The translations under genes and the position numbers were made by a program. 38,156 nucleotides of DNA from an uncultured Leptospiraceae bacterium (GTDB lineage Bacteria > Spirochaetota > Leptospiria > Leptospirales > Leptospiraceae), in the NCBI GenBank assembly GCA_937924465.1, contig CALDSP010000125.1, positions 1-38,156 of the forward strand. The letters are read 5' to 3'. Under the pieces are notes generated by a model. That model had not been told where the DNA came from and ran no database searches. It saw nothing but the letters and a program-made list of their open reading frames with translations. Shown here piece by piece: positions 8,564-17,444 of this stretch (positions are counted from its first letter, which is position 1; the number at the start of each line of letters is the position of its first letter).

Positions 8564-9004
8564 ATGAAGAAGGTATTACAATTCTTTATAATTTTATTTA
8601 CTATATTCACTTTCTTTGGATGCTTTAGGGCTAAAAATTTTGAAGAAAGAGTAAATCGGATTGTAAAAGAACTAAAAAAGGAGTTGTCACTCAACGACGA
8701 GCAAACCAACAAGTTAGAAAGCATTCGTTTGGAAATTATAGCCAAACAAAAAAGTATAAAGGCAAATTTAGAAATAGAAAACATTAAAAATGAAGTCTTA
8801 TCTATGATTAAAAGTGAACAAATAGATAAAGAAAAGTTTAAAAAAACTATTGAGCCTCTTGCAAAATCTAGACAAGAAATGATAGATTTTGTTATTACAA
8901 AAATGATTGAATTTCATAGAGTACTCACACCCGAACAAAGAAATAAACTTGCAGAGCTTATGGAAAAATTTGACAAAAAAATGGAAAAAAATGTTGGAGA
9001 TTGA
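8564..9004 (+). CDS. Spy/CpxP-family (LTXXQ-motif) periplasmic lipoprotein
   Basis: The track ORF starts at 8516. ATG 8564 is preceded by aaaggag (8552-8558) and gives MKKVLQFFIILFTIFTFFGC, a lipoprotein-type signal. Two LTXXQ-like motifs are present: LSLNDEQTNKLESI and LTPEQRNKLAELMEKF. Confidence 0.7.
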   Translation: MKKVLQFFIILFTIFTFFGCFRAKNFEERVNRIVKELKKELSLNDEQTNKLESIRLEIIAKQKSIKANLEIENIKNEVLSMIKSEQIDKEKFKKTIEPLAKSRQEMIDFVITKMIEFHRVLTPEQRNKLAELMEKFDKKMEKNVGD

Positions 9005-9473
9005 TTTTGAAAAGATTGTAGCAGAAACAAAAAAAGTAGTTCTCTCTGCTATTCAAAAATATCTTGAAGAAGAAAATTTAGATTATATTGATGATGTAGC
9101 ACAAGAAACCTATTTGAGAGCTTATAAAGCTCTCAAACAAAATAAGTTTAAAAAAAATTCTGAACTTTCTACTTGGTTGTATACAATTGCTAAAAATGAA
9201 GCTATAAGAATGAATGAAAACGTTATGCGTCAAAGAAAAAAGAAATTAAAACTACAAGAATCACTTTCTAAAAATCAAAAAAATGAAAGTGTTTCATTAT
9301 TTGAAACTTGGGAAATTATTATAAAACTTCCAATTAAATATAAATTAATAATTGAAAAATTACTAGAAGGAAAAACAAAAAAAGAAATTTCTCAAGAATT
9401 AAATTTAAAAATTGGAACAGTAAAGTCTAGAATATTTAGAACAAAAAAATTTTTTGAAAATCTGGATAGGTGA
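8991..9473 (+). CDS. ECF-type RNA polymerase sigma factor (sigma-70 family, regions 2 and 4 only)
   Basis: The region 2 motif is AQETYLRAYKALKQNKFKKNSELSTWLYTIAKNEAIR. The region 4.2 HTH is EISQELNLKIGTVKSRIFRTKKFF. The track start 8907 would overlap the upstream gene by 98 nt. ATG 8991 (MLEIDFEKIV) gives a typical 160-aa ECF sigma with a 14-nt overlap. Confidence 0.85.
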   Translation: MLEIDFEKIVAETKKVVLSAIQKYLEEENLDYIDDVAQETYLRAYKALKQNKFKKNSELSTWLYTIAKNEAIRMNENVMRQRKKKLKLQESLSKNQKNESVSLFETWEIIIKLPIKYKLIIEKLLEGKTKKEISQELNLKIGTVKSRIFRTKKFFENLDR

Positions 9474-9478
9474 GAGTT

Positions 9479-9733
9479 ATGAATGAAAAATTTAAAGAAG
9501 AAATCCAAAAAAGACTTTATAGCCTTGAATGGGATAAAAAAATTTCTAAGCTAGTTCTCGTCGCTTATAGAAAGGAAAAATATAAGACTCTGTTCATACA
9601 ACTCTCTTTTAGTTTCTTATTTTTGGGAATCATTACTTTAGGAAATTTTTTGTTTCAAAATTCAACAGAAATGTTTCAAGAAGGTTTAAAAATTTATGAA
9701 AATTTAGAGCTTTCTTTTATGGAAGAAGAATAA
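9479..9733 (+). CDS. putative minimal anti-sigma factor (single-pass membrane protein)
   Basis: It follows the ECF sigma gene directly: either GTG 9470 overlapping the sigma stop, or ATG 9479. There is one hydrophobic helix, LFIQLSFSFLFLGIITLGNFLF. No Cys/His zinc (ZAS) motif is present. The call rests on position and topology only. Confidence 0.5.
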   Translation: MNEKFKEEIQKRLYSLEWDKKISKLVLVAYRKEKYKTLFIQLSFSFLFLGIITLGNFLFQNSTEMFQEGLKIYENLELSFMEEE

Positions 9734-9737
9734 ACAT

Positions 9738-10367
9738 TTATCCGTACAATTCCAATATAGACATATTTATAATAGCTTTTAGTATATCACTTCTTGTTAC
9801 TATACCCTGTATAGTATAATCTTCCTTACTTAAAATTGGGATACAACCTACTCTCTCGTCAAACATAATTTTGGCAATGTCTCGAATTGGAGTCCTAGGA
9901 AAAGCTGTTAAAGTTTTTCGAATAGGTAAATTTTTAATTATTGTAACTTTTGAGCTAGGGTTTTCTAAATTGATTAGTTTTTGTTTTAAAATATCTCTTT
10001 CAGAAACAATTCCAAAAAGGGTCTTATCTGGATTAGTAATAGGAAGATGTCGAAATTTTTTTTCATTAAAAATTTTTTTAGCAATATCAATTGAGTCGTC
10101 TGGAGAAATAGTAATTACATTTTTACTCATTATGTCTAATGCATAATAAATTTTCTTGGAAGACTTTTTGTGTGATTCTTCTTCTTGATAAGAATAGTTT
10201 TTGTGTGGCAAAAATCCGTGCTCTTTTAATTCTTGAAAGTCATTTGGATGAACTTCTAAAGATTTGTCGGGAATACTTGGAGCTAATGGATTGACCTTTG
10301 GTACATTTCTATGAGAAACTCTTGGAACATAAGGTTCAACAATTCCTTGGTTCACCCAAATGAACAT
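9738..10367 (-). CDS. CBS-domain pair protein with an uncharacterised ~75-aa N-terminal region
   Basis: There are two CBS repeats. The first is ALDIMSKNVITISPDDSIDIAKKIFNEKKFRHLPITNPDKTLFGIVSERDILK. The second is IRDIAKIMFDERVGCIPILSKEDYTIQGIVTRSDILKAI. Confidence 0.8.
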   Translation of the reverse strand: MFIWVNQGIVEPYVPRVSHRNVPKVNPLAPSIPDKSLEVHPNDFQELKEHGFLPHKNYSYQEEESHKKSSKKIYYALDIMSKNVITISPDDSIDIAKKIFNEKKFRHLPITNPDKTLFGIVSERDILKQKLINLENPSSKVTIIKNLPIRKTLTAFPRTPIRDIAKIMFDERVGCIPILSKEDYTIQGIVTRSDILKAIINMSILELYG

Positions 10368-10444
10368 TTTCTTTACCCTATTTGAGTATCGACCTGGGAA
10401 AGAAAATCAATAATCACTAAAATTTGTCGCCTAACGTAAAAATT

Positions 10445-11200
10445 CTATCCTAATTCTTGAGCCCTTTTGTATGCTGAAAAAATTGCTTTCATTACACTTG
10501 CATGAAATCCATTTTCTTCTAAAACTTCTAATCCATAAATGGTTGTTCCAGCAGGAGAGGTTACCTTATTTCTCAATTCTGCGGGGTGATAAGGCAGGTT
10601 TTGTTTTTGAAGCTGTTCTATGTAAGCCACACTTCCTTTTAAAGTTTGCAAGGCAAGGCTAAAAGACATGTCGTAACTAAGTCCACATTTGAGTCCACCC
10701 TCTGTCATAGCGTGTAAAAAACTAAATACATAAGCAGGTCCAGAACCTGAAAGGGCTGTGACTGCATCTATAAGTTCTTCGTTTGGTAGTTCAATTATTT
10801 TTCCTAAGGAACTAAAAAGTTCTTTAGCTATCTCATAAGATTTTGGATCTCCAAACATTCCCATGGCACCCTCATTTGCAATTAAAGGTAGATTGGGCAT
10901 AATTCTTACAATGCTTGAGTTGGAATGGGAGTTTTGTTTTATAGTAGAAATTTTTACTCCTGCTGCAATCGAAATATAAATATGAGGTAATTTGAAATCT
11001 TGTAGAACTTCTGTTACTTTATTTGGTTTGACTGCAATGATAATCACTTTTTCATTTTCTAACTCTGCAATTTCGTTAACAAAAGAAATTTCTTGGTATT
11101 TGTTTTGAACATAAGGATCGTAAACTTTAATAGAATTTCTGTCACGCAACGCCTTATAAATTGCATAGCCCATATTTCCTAAGCCAACTAAACCAATCAT
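10445..11200 (-). CDS. proC: pyrroline-5-carboxylate reductase
   Basis: 251 aa. It has the Rossmann start MIGLVGLGNMGYAI, plus VRIMPNLPLIANEGAMG, SGSGPAYVF and VTSPAGTTIYGLEVLEENGF. Confidence 0.9.
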   Translation of the reverse strand: MIGLVGLGNMGYAIYKALRDRNSIKVYDPYVQNKYQEISFVNEIAELENEKVIIIAVKPNKVTEVLQDFKLPHIYISIAAGVKISTIKQNSHSNSSIVRIMPNLPLIANEGAMGMFGDPKSYEIAKELFSSLGKIIELPNEELIDAVTALSGSGPAYVFSFLHAMTEGGLKCGLSYDMSFSLALQTLKGSVAYIEQLQKQNLPYHPAELRNKVTSPAGTTIYGLEVLEENGFHASVMKAIFSAYKRAQELG

Positions 11201-11256
11201 ATTCCCTCATGTTTAAAAATTTTATTTTAATGAAAAATCAAAACTTGAATGAACTA

Positions 11257-11581
11257 CTATTTCATAAAAATTACATAAACGGCAACTACTAATAAAATAA
11301 ATCCAAGCAAATGATTCCACCTAAGAGCTTCTTTTAAATAAAGATGTGAGAAAACAGCAAAAACAATTAGGCTTATGAATTCTTGCATTGTTTTTAATTC
11401 CACAGCACTAAATTTTCCATATCTAATTCTATTTTGCAGGTACTTGAAGAATATATTCAAATAAAGCAATAAACCAACTTACAAAAATAATCCATAAAGG
11501 TTTATCTTTGTAAGGTAAATGTCCATACCATGCAAAGGTCATAAAAATATTAGATAAAATAAGAAGTATTATTGTAAGCAT
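11257..11581 (-). pseudogene. DMT-superfamily small membrane protein (DUF486-like), interrupted by a 1-nt frameshift
   Basis: My translation from the ATG (complement of 11579-11581) gives MLTIILLILSNIFMTFAWYGHLPYKDKPLWIIFVSWFIALFEYILQVPAK, then TAG (11429-11431). The rest of the family sequence, NRIRYGKFSAVELKTMQEFISLIVFAVFSHLYLKEALRWNHLLGFILLVVAVYVIFMK, continues in the +1 frame, which is the frame of track ORF 11257..11469. Removing one A from the AAAA run (plus tttt 11432-11435) restores the family motif LQVPANRI. Confidence 0.7.
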
Positions 11582-11587
11582 TTTAAG

Positions 11588-12766
11588 TTAACGATAAAGA
11601 ATATTGATTTTATCACTAGATAAAGAAAAACGATCCCTAATTCTCATTTTGGTAAAAGGGATTTTGGGAATCATTCCTTTAGAAATAGAAGTTTGGGTAT
11701 GAATTAAAATGATTTCATCTGAATAGTCAATATCACTTGTAAAAATTTGATAAAGCAAATTTCCACCCTCTATCAAAACATGTAAGCAACCAAGAGAATA
11801 TAAAAAATTTTCTAACTTTTCTTTCAAGTAAGACACCTCTACATATTGGATAGGAAAGTTAGTTAACTCTAATAATTTCTTTTCTTGTTCTATGTTTAAG
11901 GTATCTAAGCAAAAGAAAATACATTTTTTTGTTTGAGTTCTCTGGTTAATTTGAAATTGTTTTTCAAAAAATTCTTGATTTGGAAAAATTTTGGGGCTAA
12001 GGATAAAAACTCTATAAGGCTGACGTTTATCATCTGAAATTGGAGTTTTCTCACTGGAGTAAATAGTTTCGCAGAAAGCTGAATAAAAAATATCTATTAT
12101 CATAGAGGAATCAGAATTTGAATCTGTATAACAAGTATATCCTCTATAATCTAAAGAAGGAGAATCCTTAAAAGTTGTATAAGGACCTGCTACAATTGCA
12201 TCCATTTTGGATCGAAAGGTTTGAAAGAAATTATCTGTTTCTTTGGACGTCATGCGAAAAGAGTCCCTCTCTTTATTTGTAAAGTAGCCTTCCTTACTTA
12301 CTGCCACTTTAATAAAAAATTTGGGTTTTTGTTTTATAATTCTTTTTAAAAAGCCTCCTAAGAAAGCGCGAGAAATTTTTTGTATGCTTGAATCAAATTC
12401 CACTTCAATTCCTGCTTTTTGAAGTTCATGAATTCCATCTCTAAGTTGAATGAGAGGATTTGGATCACGAATTCCCAAGTAAACTTTACGAGGTTTTTTT
12501 TCTAAAAGTAAATCTATACAAGGTGGGGTTTTACCAAAATGTGTGCAAGGTTCTAGTGTGATATAAATTTGATGAGGGATGTTTTGAGAAAAATTTTCAT
12601 AGGCTTCTCGCTCAGCATGATTTTTTCCAATTTCTTGAGTGAAACCTTCTGCTAAAATATTCTCTTCTAAGTCAGTAATGACTGCTCCTACAGGAGGATT
12701 GGGAGAAGAAACTCCCATAGCTAAAAGAGAGAGAAATTTTAGCCTTCTAAAAACTGAACCTTTCAA
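11588..12766 (-). CDS. ribD: bifunctional riboflavin biosynthesis protein RibD (pyrimidine deaminase / uracil reductase)
   Basis: The deaminase zinc motifs are SPNPPVGAVI, HAEREA and EPCTHFGKTPPC. The reductase half is KVAVSKEGYF...FRSKMDAIVAGPYTTFKDSPSLDYR...HVLIEGGNLL. The start is TTG. Confidence 0.85.
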   Translation of the reverse strand: MKGSVFRRLKFLSLLAMGVSSPNPPVGAVITDLEENILAEGFTQEIGKNHAEREAYENFSQNIPHQIYITLEPCTHFGKTPPCIDLLLEKKPRKVYLGIRDPNPLIQLRDGIHELQKAGIEVEFDSSIQKISRAFLGGFLKRIIKQKPKFFIKVAVSKEGYFTNKERDSFRMTSKETDNFFQTFRSKMDAIVAGPYTTFKDSPSLDYRGYTCYTDSNSDSSMIIDIFYSAFCETIYSSEKTPISDDKRQPYRVFILSPKIFPNQEFFEKQFQINQRTQTKKCIFFCLDTLNIEQEKKLLELTNFPIQYVEVSYLKEKLENFLYSLGCLHVLIEGGNLLYQIFTSDIDYSDEIILIHTQTSISKGMIPKIPFTKMRIRDRFSLSSDKINILYR

Positions 12767-12778
12767 CCTTACAAATCC

Positions 12779-13702
12779 TTATACTTTCTCTGGAAAAAAT
12801 TTTTCATAAATTTCTAAAACAGGTGCTGCAATAAAAACAGAAGAATAGGTGCCAATAATAACTCCAAAAATGATCACTATTGCAAAATCATAAAGTTCTG
12901 TAGCTCCCCCAACTAAAATAGCAATTACTGCAATCAAAGTAGCAAAAGAAGTATTTACAGTTCGACCTAATGTTTGGTTTATAGACAGGTTTATAATGTG
13001 AGAAAGAGAGATTTTCAATTTAGAGTTAGCTAAGTTTTCTCGAATGCGATCAAAAATTACAATTGTATCATTGATAGAATAACCAAGCAAGGTTAAGATT
13101 GCTGCAATGAGTGGAATACTTGGTTTAATTTGAAATGCTCCAATAAATCCTAAAGTAAAAAACAAATCATGAAACAATGCGATTGATGCTCCCAAAGCAA
13201 ATTTAAATTGAAAACGAAAGCTCAAATAAATTGTCATAATAATGATAGTGGCAAGTATAAGATTAGTTCCAGCAGAGGTTAGTTCTCCTCCTACAATTGC
13301 TCCCACTTGCTCTGCACTTAAAATTTCTTCTTTACTAAGTCCTAAACCATCTTCTAACATTAAAATAAATTCTTGAATTTCTGGTTGACTTTCAGATTTT
13401 CTCTTTTTATTTCTTTCGTTGAACGCTGTCATTTTAGATTTTGCATCTAGACCTATATCAATTTGATAATGATTTTTTTCTTTATCAATGAGAATTACAA
13501 CTGCTTCAATTCCTTCTTGTTTGAAGAATTTTTCTAAGTCTTCTTTCTTTTTGTCGGTTTGAATAACAGCCCTGAATCCACCATCAAAGTCTAAAGAACG
13601 TGCAAATCCTTTATGAACAAAGACTGTTAGTATAAAAAAAAGAAAAATAATCAAACCCGAAACACTTAAAGAGATATATTTATAACGTGAAAAATCAAAC
13701 AT
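12779..13702 (-). CDS. secF: protein translocase subunit SecF
   Basis: 307 aa. It has the SecF membrane-domain pattern GYSINDTIVIFDRIRENL and overlaps secD by 8 nt. Confidence 0.9.
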   Translation of the reverse strand: MFDFSRYKYISLSVSGLIIFLFFILTVFVHKGFARSLDFDGGFRAVIQTDKKKEDLEKFFKQEGIEAVVILIDKEKNHYQIDIGLDAKSKMTAFNERNKKRKSESQPEIQEFILMLEDGLGLSKEEILSAEQVGAIVGGELTSAGTNLILATIIIMTIYLSFRFQFKFALGASIALFHDLFFTLGFIGAFQIKPSIPLIAAILTLLGYSINDTIVIFDRIRENLANSKLKISLSHIINLSINQTLGRTVNTSFATLIAVIAILVGGATELYDFAIVIIFGVIIGTYSSVFIAAPVLEIYEKFFPEKV

Positions 13703-15650
13703 TTTGTACTTCCCTTTGTTCAGTAATTTGTAGTTTACGAAAACCCATTTTTAAATCTTGAATTCCCAAAATATCAATAGATGCATTCATTAGAATACGA
13801 CTTAACACTAAAGAGGAAAACATAGAAGTAATAATCCCCCAACACAAAGTAATAGCAAATCCTTTGATTGGACCATTTCCTAATCGAATCATTAAGATTC
13901 CAGAAATTAAAGTTGTTATATTGCTATCAAAAATTGTGGAGAATGCATTCGAAAATCCATTTTCTATAGCCGTGGAAATAGAACGCCCCTTTGCCAATTC
14001 TTCACGAATACGCTCGTAGATAATTACGTTTGCATCTACTGCCATCCCTACAGTGAGCACGATTCCTGCAAAACCCGGAAGAGTCAAAGTAAAATCCATC
14101 AAAGAAAGAAGAGCCATAAGCATGAGCACATTCATAAGCAATGTTAAATCTGCAATGAGCCCCGCATAACGGTAGTATAAAACCATGTAAACCATTACCA
14201 AGATAAATCCTATGATTACAGACTTAAATCCAACTTCAATGGACTCAATCCCTAGCGTAGGTCCAATAAAGCGCATTTCTAAGACAGTAAGTGGAATTGG
14301 TAAAGCTCCCTCACTTATAATATTAGAAAGTCTAATTGCTTCTTCTTGAGTGAAACTTCCTGTAATTTCTGCATGTCCTCCTGCAATTGGATTATTAATA
14401 ACTGGATTAGAGACTACTTTATCTCCCCAAATAATGGCGAGTTTTCTTCCTCTGTTTTTGGAGGTGACTTCAAAAAATTTCTGCGCTCCCATTGGGGTAA
14501 GAGAAAAACTGACTACCCAACCATAATTGTTTGGATCATAAGAAGGACGCGCTTCTGTTAGATCATTTCCAGAGAGAGCGATTGCTTTTTCAAGAACTAA
14601 AAATCTTCTTGGTAAAAGTGGACTGTCAGCCTTGCTTCCTCTTGCCCAAAGAGCAAATATCCTGTATTGATTGGTAGGAATTTTATACTTTTGTTCTAGA
14701 CTTGCTAAGAAATCTTCTTGTGCTTTTTTACCCAGCTTATTTTTTATAATCTCTTGAAACTTAACTATATCTGTTTCTTCACGCTTTCCTTCGGCTACCA
14801 AACGTTGTTCTTCAGTGTCAATGAGTGTTTCATATTTTCCTCTTCCTCCTTCATCGGAAGGTTCTTCTAGTCTGTATTCCACTGTTTCTGTGCTTTGTAA
14901 GATTTCTAAAATTTGAGTAGAATTAGAAACACCGGGTAAGGCAACTTCAATAGAGTCCTGATCTTTCTGAATGCGTACTTGTGGTTCAGTGAGGTTTTGA
15001 TTTGCTAAGCGATTATCAATAATTAATTTTGCCTTTTCTAGTTCAATGAGTTTTCTTGATTCATTGAGCTCAAACCCAGACTCTATGTCTTCTAGTCTTT
15101 TTTTAGCTTTCTCTTTTTCTTCGCTAGATTTATCAGTGGATTCTATAGTAGACTTTAGCTCGGAAATTTCTTTACTATACATATCTCTTAACTTGGATAT
15201 ATAACTTTCAAAGTCTCCTTTTAAAACAACTCTCATGCCACCTTGCAAATCTAAACCTAGTTTTATGGACATAGATTTACCCTTACGTAGTGTAGATTCT
15301 ATCCACGTTGGGCGCAAAGTATTTTGTGATTCTAAAAAAAGATGAATATTTTCTTGAGAAATTTGATTAATTTTTGCAGAGGTGATAAATCGACCAATGA
15401 TAAGAAATTTGCCATTTTCAGGAATTGCTGTTGGCTCTGGGGAAATACTATAACTATTGTTGCTATTATATTCTTCTTTCCAACGCTTTTGAAAATTTTG
15501 TAAAAGTTTTTCTTGTTCTTCTTTGGGAAGTTTCAAAACTTCTGGATTGATAGTAAGTTCTAATTCTCGAATAACAAAATTAGGATACAATAAAACTAAA
15601 GAAATTGCTACGATAAACAATGGTAAAAATAGCCAACCTTTGGATTTCAA
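13695..15650 (-). CDS. secD: protein translocase subunit SecD
   Basis: 651 aa. Motifs seen are LGLDLQGGMRVVL, LEMRFIGPTLG and GMAVDANVIIYERIREEL. There is a large periplasmic domain. Confidence 0.9.
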   Translation of the reverse strand: MKSKGWLFLPLFIVAISLVLLYPNFVIRELELTINPEVLKLPKEEQEKLLQNFQKRWKEEYNSNNSYSISPEPTAIPENGKFLIIGRFITSAKINQISQENIHLFLESQNTLRPTWIESTLRKGKSMSIKLGLDLQGGMRVVLKGDFESYISKLRDMYSKEISELKSTIESTDKSSEEKEKAKKRLEDIESGFELNESRKLIELEKAKLIIDNRLANQNLTEPQVRIQKDQDSIEVALPGVSNSTQILEILQSTETVEYRLEEPSDEGGRGKYETLIDTEEQRLVAEGKREETDIVKFQEIIKNKLGKKAQEDFLASLEQKYKIPTNQYRIFALWARGSKADSPLLPRRFLVLEKAIALSGNDLTEARPSYDPNNYGWVVSFSLTPMGAQKFFEVTSKNRGRKLAIIWGDKVVSNPVINNPIAGGHAEITGSFTQEEAIRLSNIISEGALPIPLTVLEMRFIGPTLGIESIEVGFKSVIIGFILVMVYMVLYYRYAGLIADLTLLMNVLMLMALLSLMDFTLTLPGFAGIVLTVGMAVDANVIIYERIREELAKGRSISTAIENGFSNAFSTIFDSNITTLISGILMIRLGNGPIKGFAITLCWGIITSMFSSLVLSRILMNASIDILGIQDLKMGFRKLQITEQREVQNV

Positions 15651-15670
15651 ATTTTACTCCTTATTACACG

Positions 15671-16093
15671 TTATTTATTTTTGAACTTTGAAAAAATTCT
15701 TCTACTAGAATGAGAAATAGAACTCCCATATCGCAATCGATACAAAGCAAAAGAAAGGATTGCGAGTCCAATAAGAATAAATTTTATATTTTCAGAAAAA
15801 AAATCAACAATAGGGTTTGCTTGTGTATTTATTTGAATAGAAACTTTTTTGGCAGGAGGAACAGACTCCTCTTTGGGGGGTTCTATTTTTTGAGTAGAAA
15901 CCTCTTCTAAACTCAATGTTTCAGGAAATTGAAAATCTTCCACAATCCAGCTTTGGTAGAAAAGTTGGATTTCTTCTTTGGTCCAAACTTTAGAAGAATC
16001 TGAAGCCTTAGAAACTTTTTTTTCCTTCCTACTTTGTCCGAAAACACCTGAAATAACAATAAAAAAAATAAGAAAAAAACTAAAAATTTGCAT
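15671..16093 (-). CDS. hypothetical secreted/membrane-anchored protein between yajC and secD
   Basis: The track start 16111 overlaps yajC. ATG 16093 (MQIFSFFLIFFIVISGVFGQ, signal-like) lies 1 nt after the yajC stop. There is a C-terminal hydrophobic helix, FILIGLAILSFALY. I recognise no family. Confidence 0.6.
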   Translation of the reverse strand: MQIFSFFLIFFIVISGVFGQSRKEKKVSKASDSSKVWTKEEIQLFYQSWIVEDFQFPETLSLEEVSTQKIEPPKEESVPPAKKVSIQINTQANPIVDFFSENIKFILIGLAILSFALYRLRYGSSISHSSRRIFSKFKNK

Positions 16094-16094
16094 A

Positions 16095-16421
16095 TTACTT
16101 TTTCTTTTCAATTGCTGTAGAATTAAAAACTACATTTGTATCTTTAGCAATATTGACTACTACTAATTCATTATTTTCTCGAAATTCAACAATTTTTCCA
16201 TGAATTCCACCACTCATAATGACAGAATCTCCCTTGACCAAAGATTCAATCATTTTCTTTCGAGCTTCTTCTGCTTGTTTTTGCGGTCGAATAGAAATGA
16301 AATAAGTCATAACAATGAGTATGATAATAAGAATGAGATAGGAATAAATAGTTTTGTTGTCTCCTTGAGGAGCCTCTTGCGCTAATATTAAAAACAAAGA
16401 AAATAAAGTCGATAAAGTCAT
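16095..16421 (-). CDS. yajC: preprotein translocase subunit YajC
   Basis: 108 aa. A single TM is followed by IRPQKQAEEARKKMIESLVKGDSVIMSGGIHGKIVEF, the YajC signature. Confidence 0.9.
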   Translation of the reverse strand: MTLSTLFSLFLILAQEAPQGDNKTIYSYLILIIILIVMTYFISIRPQKQAEEARKKMIESLVKGDSVIMSGGIHGKIVEFRENNELVVVNIAKDTNVVFNSTAIEKKK

Positions 16422-16451
16422 AATTCTAATTTTTTTATTTTGAATACTGAA

Positions 16452-17444
16452 TCAACTACAAATTTTCTTTAAATAGTTGAAAGGTTCCCCTTTTTGTAAA
16501 TGTTCCAAAGCTAAGTGGTATCCTTCTTCAATTGCGTTAGCTTTCCCCATAATGTATAGAGAGACTCCCGCGTTTAAGGCAACTGAATATGTTCCTGCTG
16601 TCAATTTTCCCGATAAAACTTCCTGAGCCTTTTTTACTGCTTCTTCTTTTGAGTAAATTTGAATTTCATTTTCTTGAAAATGTGGAATAAAACTTTTAGG
16701 ATTAAATACATGATAACTTCTAGAACCATTTTGCATTAGCACATATTCTGTCTCATGAAAAATAGAAAATTCATCGTATCCATCTCTTGAATGACAAACA
16801 AGAGCACGTTTTAGGTTTAGCTTTTCTAAAACTCCAGCTACTTTATCTAAAATACTAGAAGAATATACGCCTACTACTTGGTGCGTTGGATGCAAGGGAT
16901 TGCTTAGAGGTCCAATCATATTAAAAACTGTTCTAAATCCTAATTGCTTTCTTACATTTGCGGCGTGTTTCATAGCTGGGTGCCAAAAAGGAGCAAACAA
17001 AAATACAAATCCATGTTCTTCAAATTTCTCTATAGCTTCTTGAACAGTACTTGGAAAAGGATAACCTAAACCTTCTAATAAATCACTAGAACCACAAACA
17101 GAAGAAACCGAACGATTTCCATGTTTTGCAACTCGAACTCCCATGGAAGCAATTGTAATTGCAGAGAGAGTAGAAATATTAATAGATGCCTTAGCATCTC
17201 CTCCTGTGCCACAGGTATCTATGAAATCAAAAGGAAAATCTTTTTCTACAGGTAAAGCAGAGTCCCTCACAGCATTTACAAATCCTAATAATTCTTCTTC
17301 CGTTTCTTCCTTCATTTTAAGTGCAGTCAAAAAAGAAGCTAACACAATTTCAGAAATTTCACCTCTCATAACTTCTAACATAAAATTTCTAGTTTCAGCA
17401 AGTGTGAGGTTTTCTTTTTGAGTAAGTTTTTCTAGTAAATTCAT
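16452..17444 (-). CDS. trpD: anthranilate phosphoribosyltransferase
   Basis: 330 aa. Motifs seen are DTCGTGGD, KHGNRSVSS.CGSSDLLE and NPL.P. No other trp genes are adjacent. Confidence 0.9.
   Translation of the reverse strand: MNLLEKLTQKENLTLAETRNFMLEVMRGEISEIVLASFLTALKMKEETEEELLGFVNAVRDSALPVEKDFPFDFIDTCGTGGDAKASINISTLSAITIASMGVRVAKHGNRSVSSVCGSSDLLEGLGYPFPSTVQEAIEKFEEHGFVFLFAPFWHPAMKHAANVRKQLGFRTVFNMIGPLSNPLHPTHQVVGVYSSSILDKVAGVLEKLNLKRALVCHSRDGYDEFSIFHETEYVLMQNGSRSYHVFNPKSFIPHFQENEIQIYSKEEAVKKAQEVLSGKLTAGTYSVALNAGVSLYIMGKANAIEEGYHLALEHLQKGEPFNYLKKICS

Noticed and set aside
11429-11440. Programmed +1 ribosomal frameshift at GCA-AAA-UAG in the DMT gene.
   Set aside because: No stimulatory SD-like element or known slippery heptamer is present. 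A single-base insertion or sequencing error in the A-run is simpler. It is kept only as an alternative in the finding.
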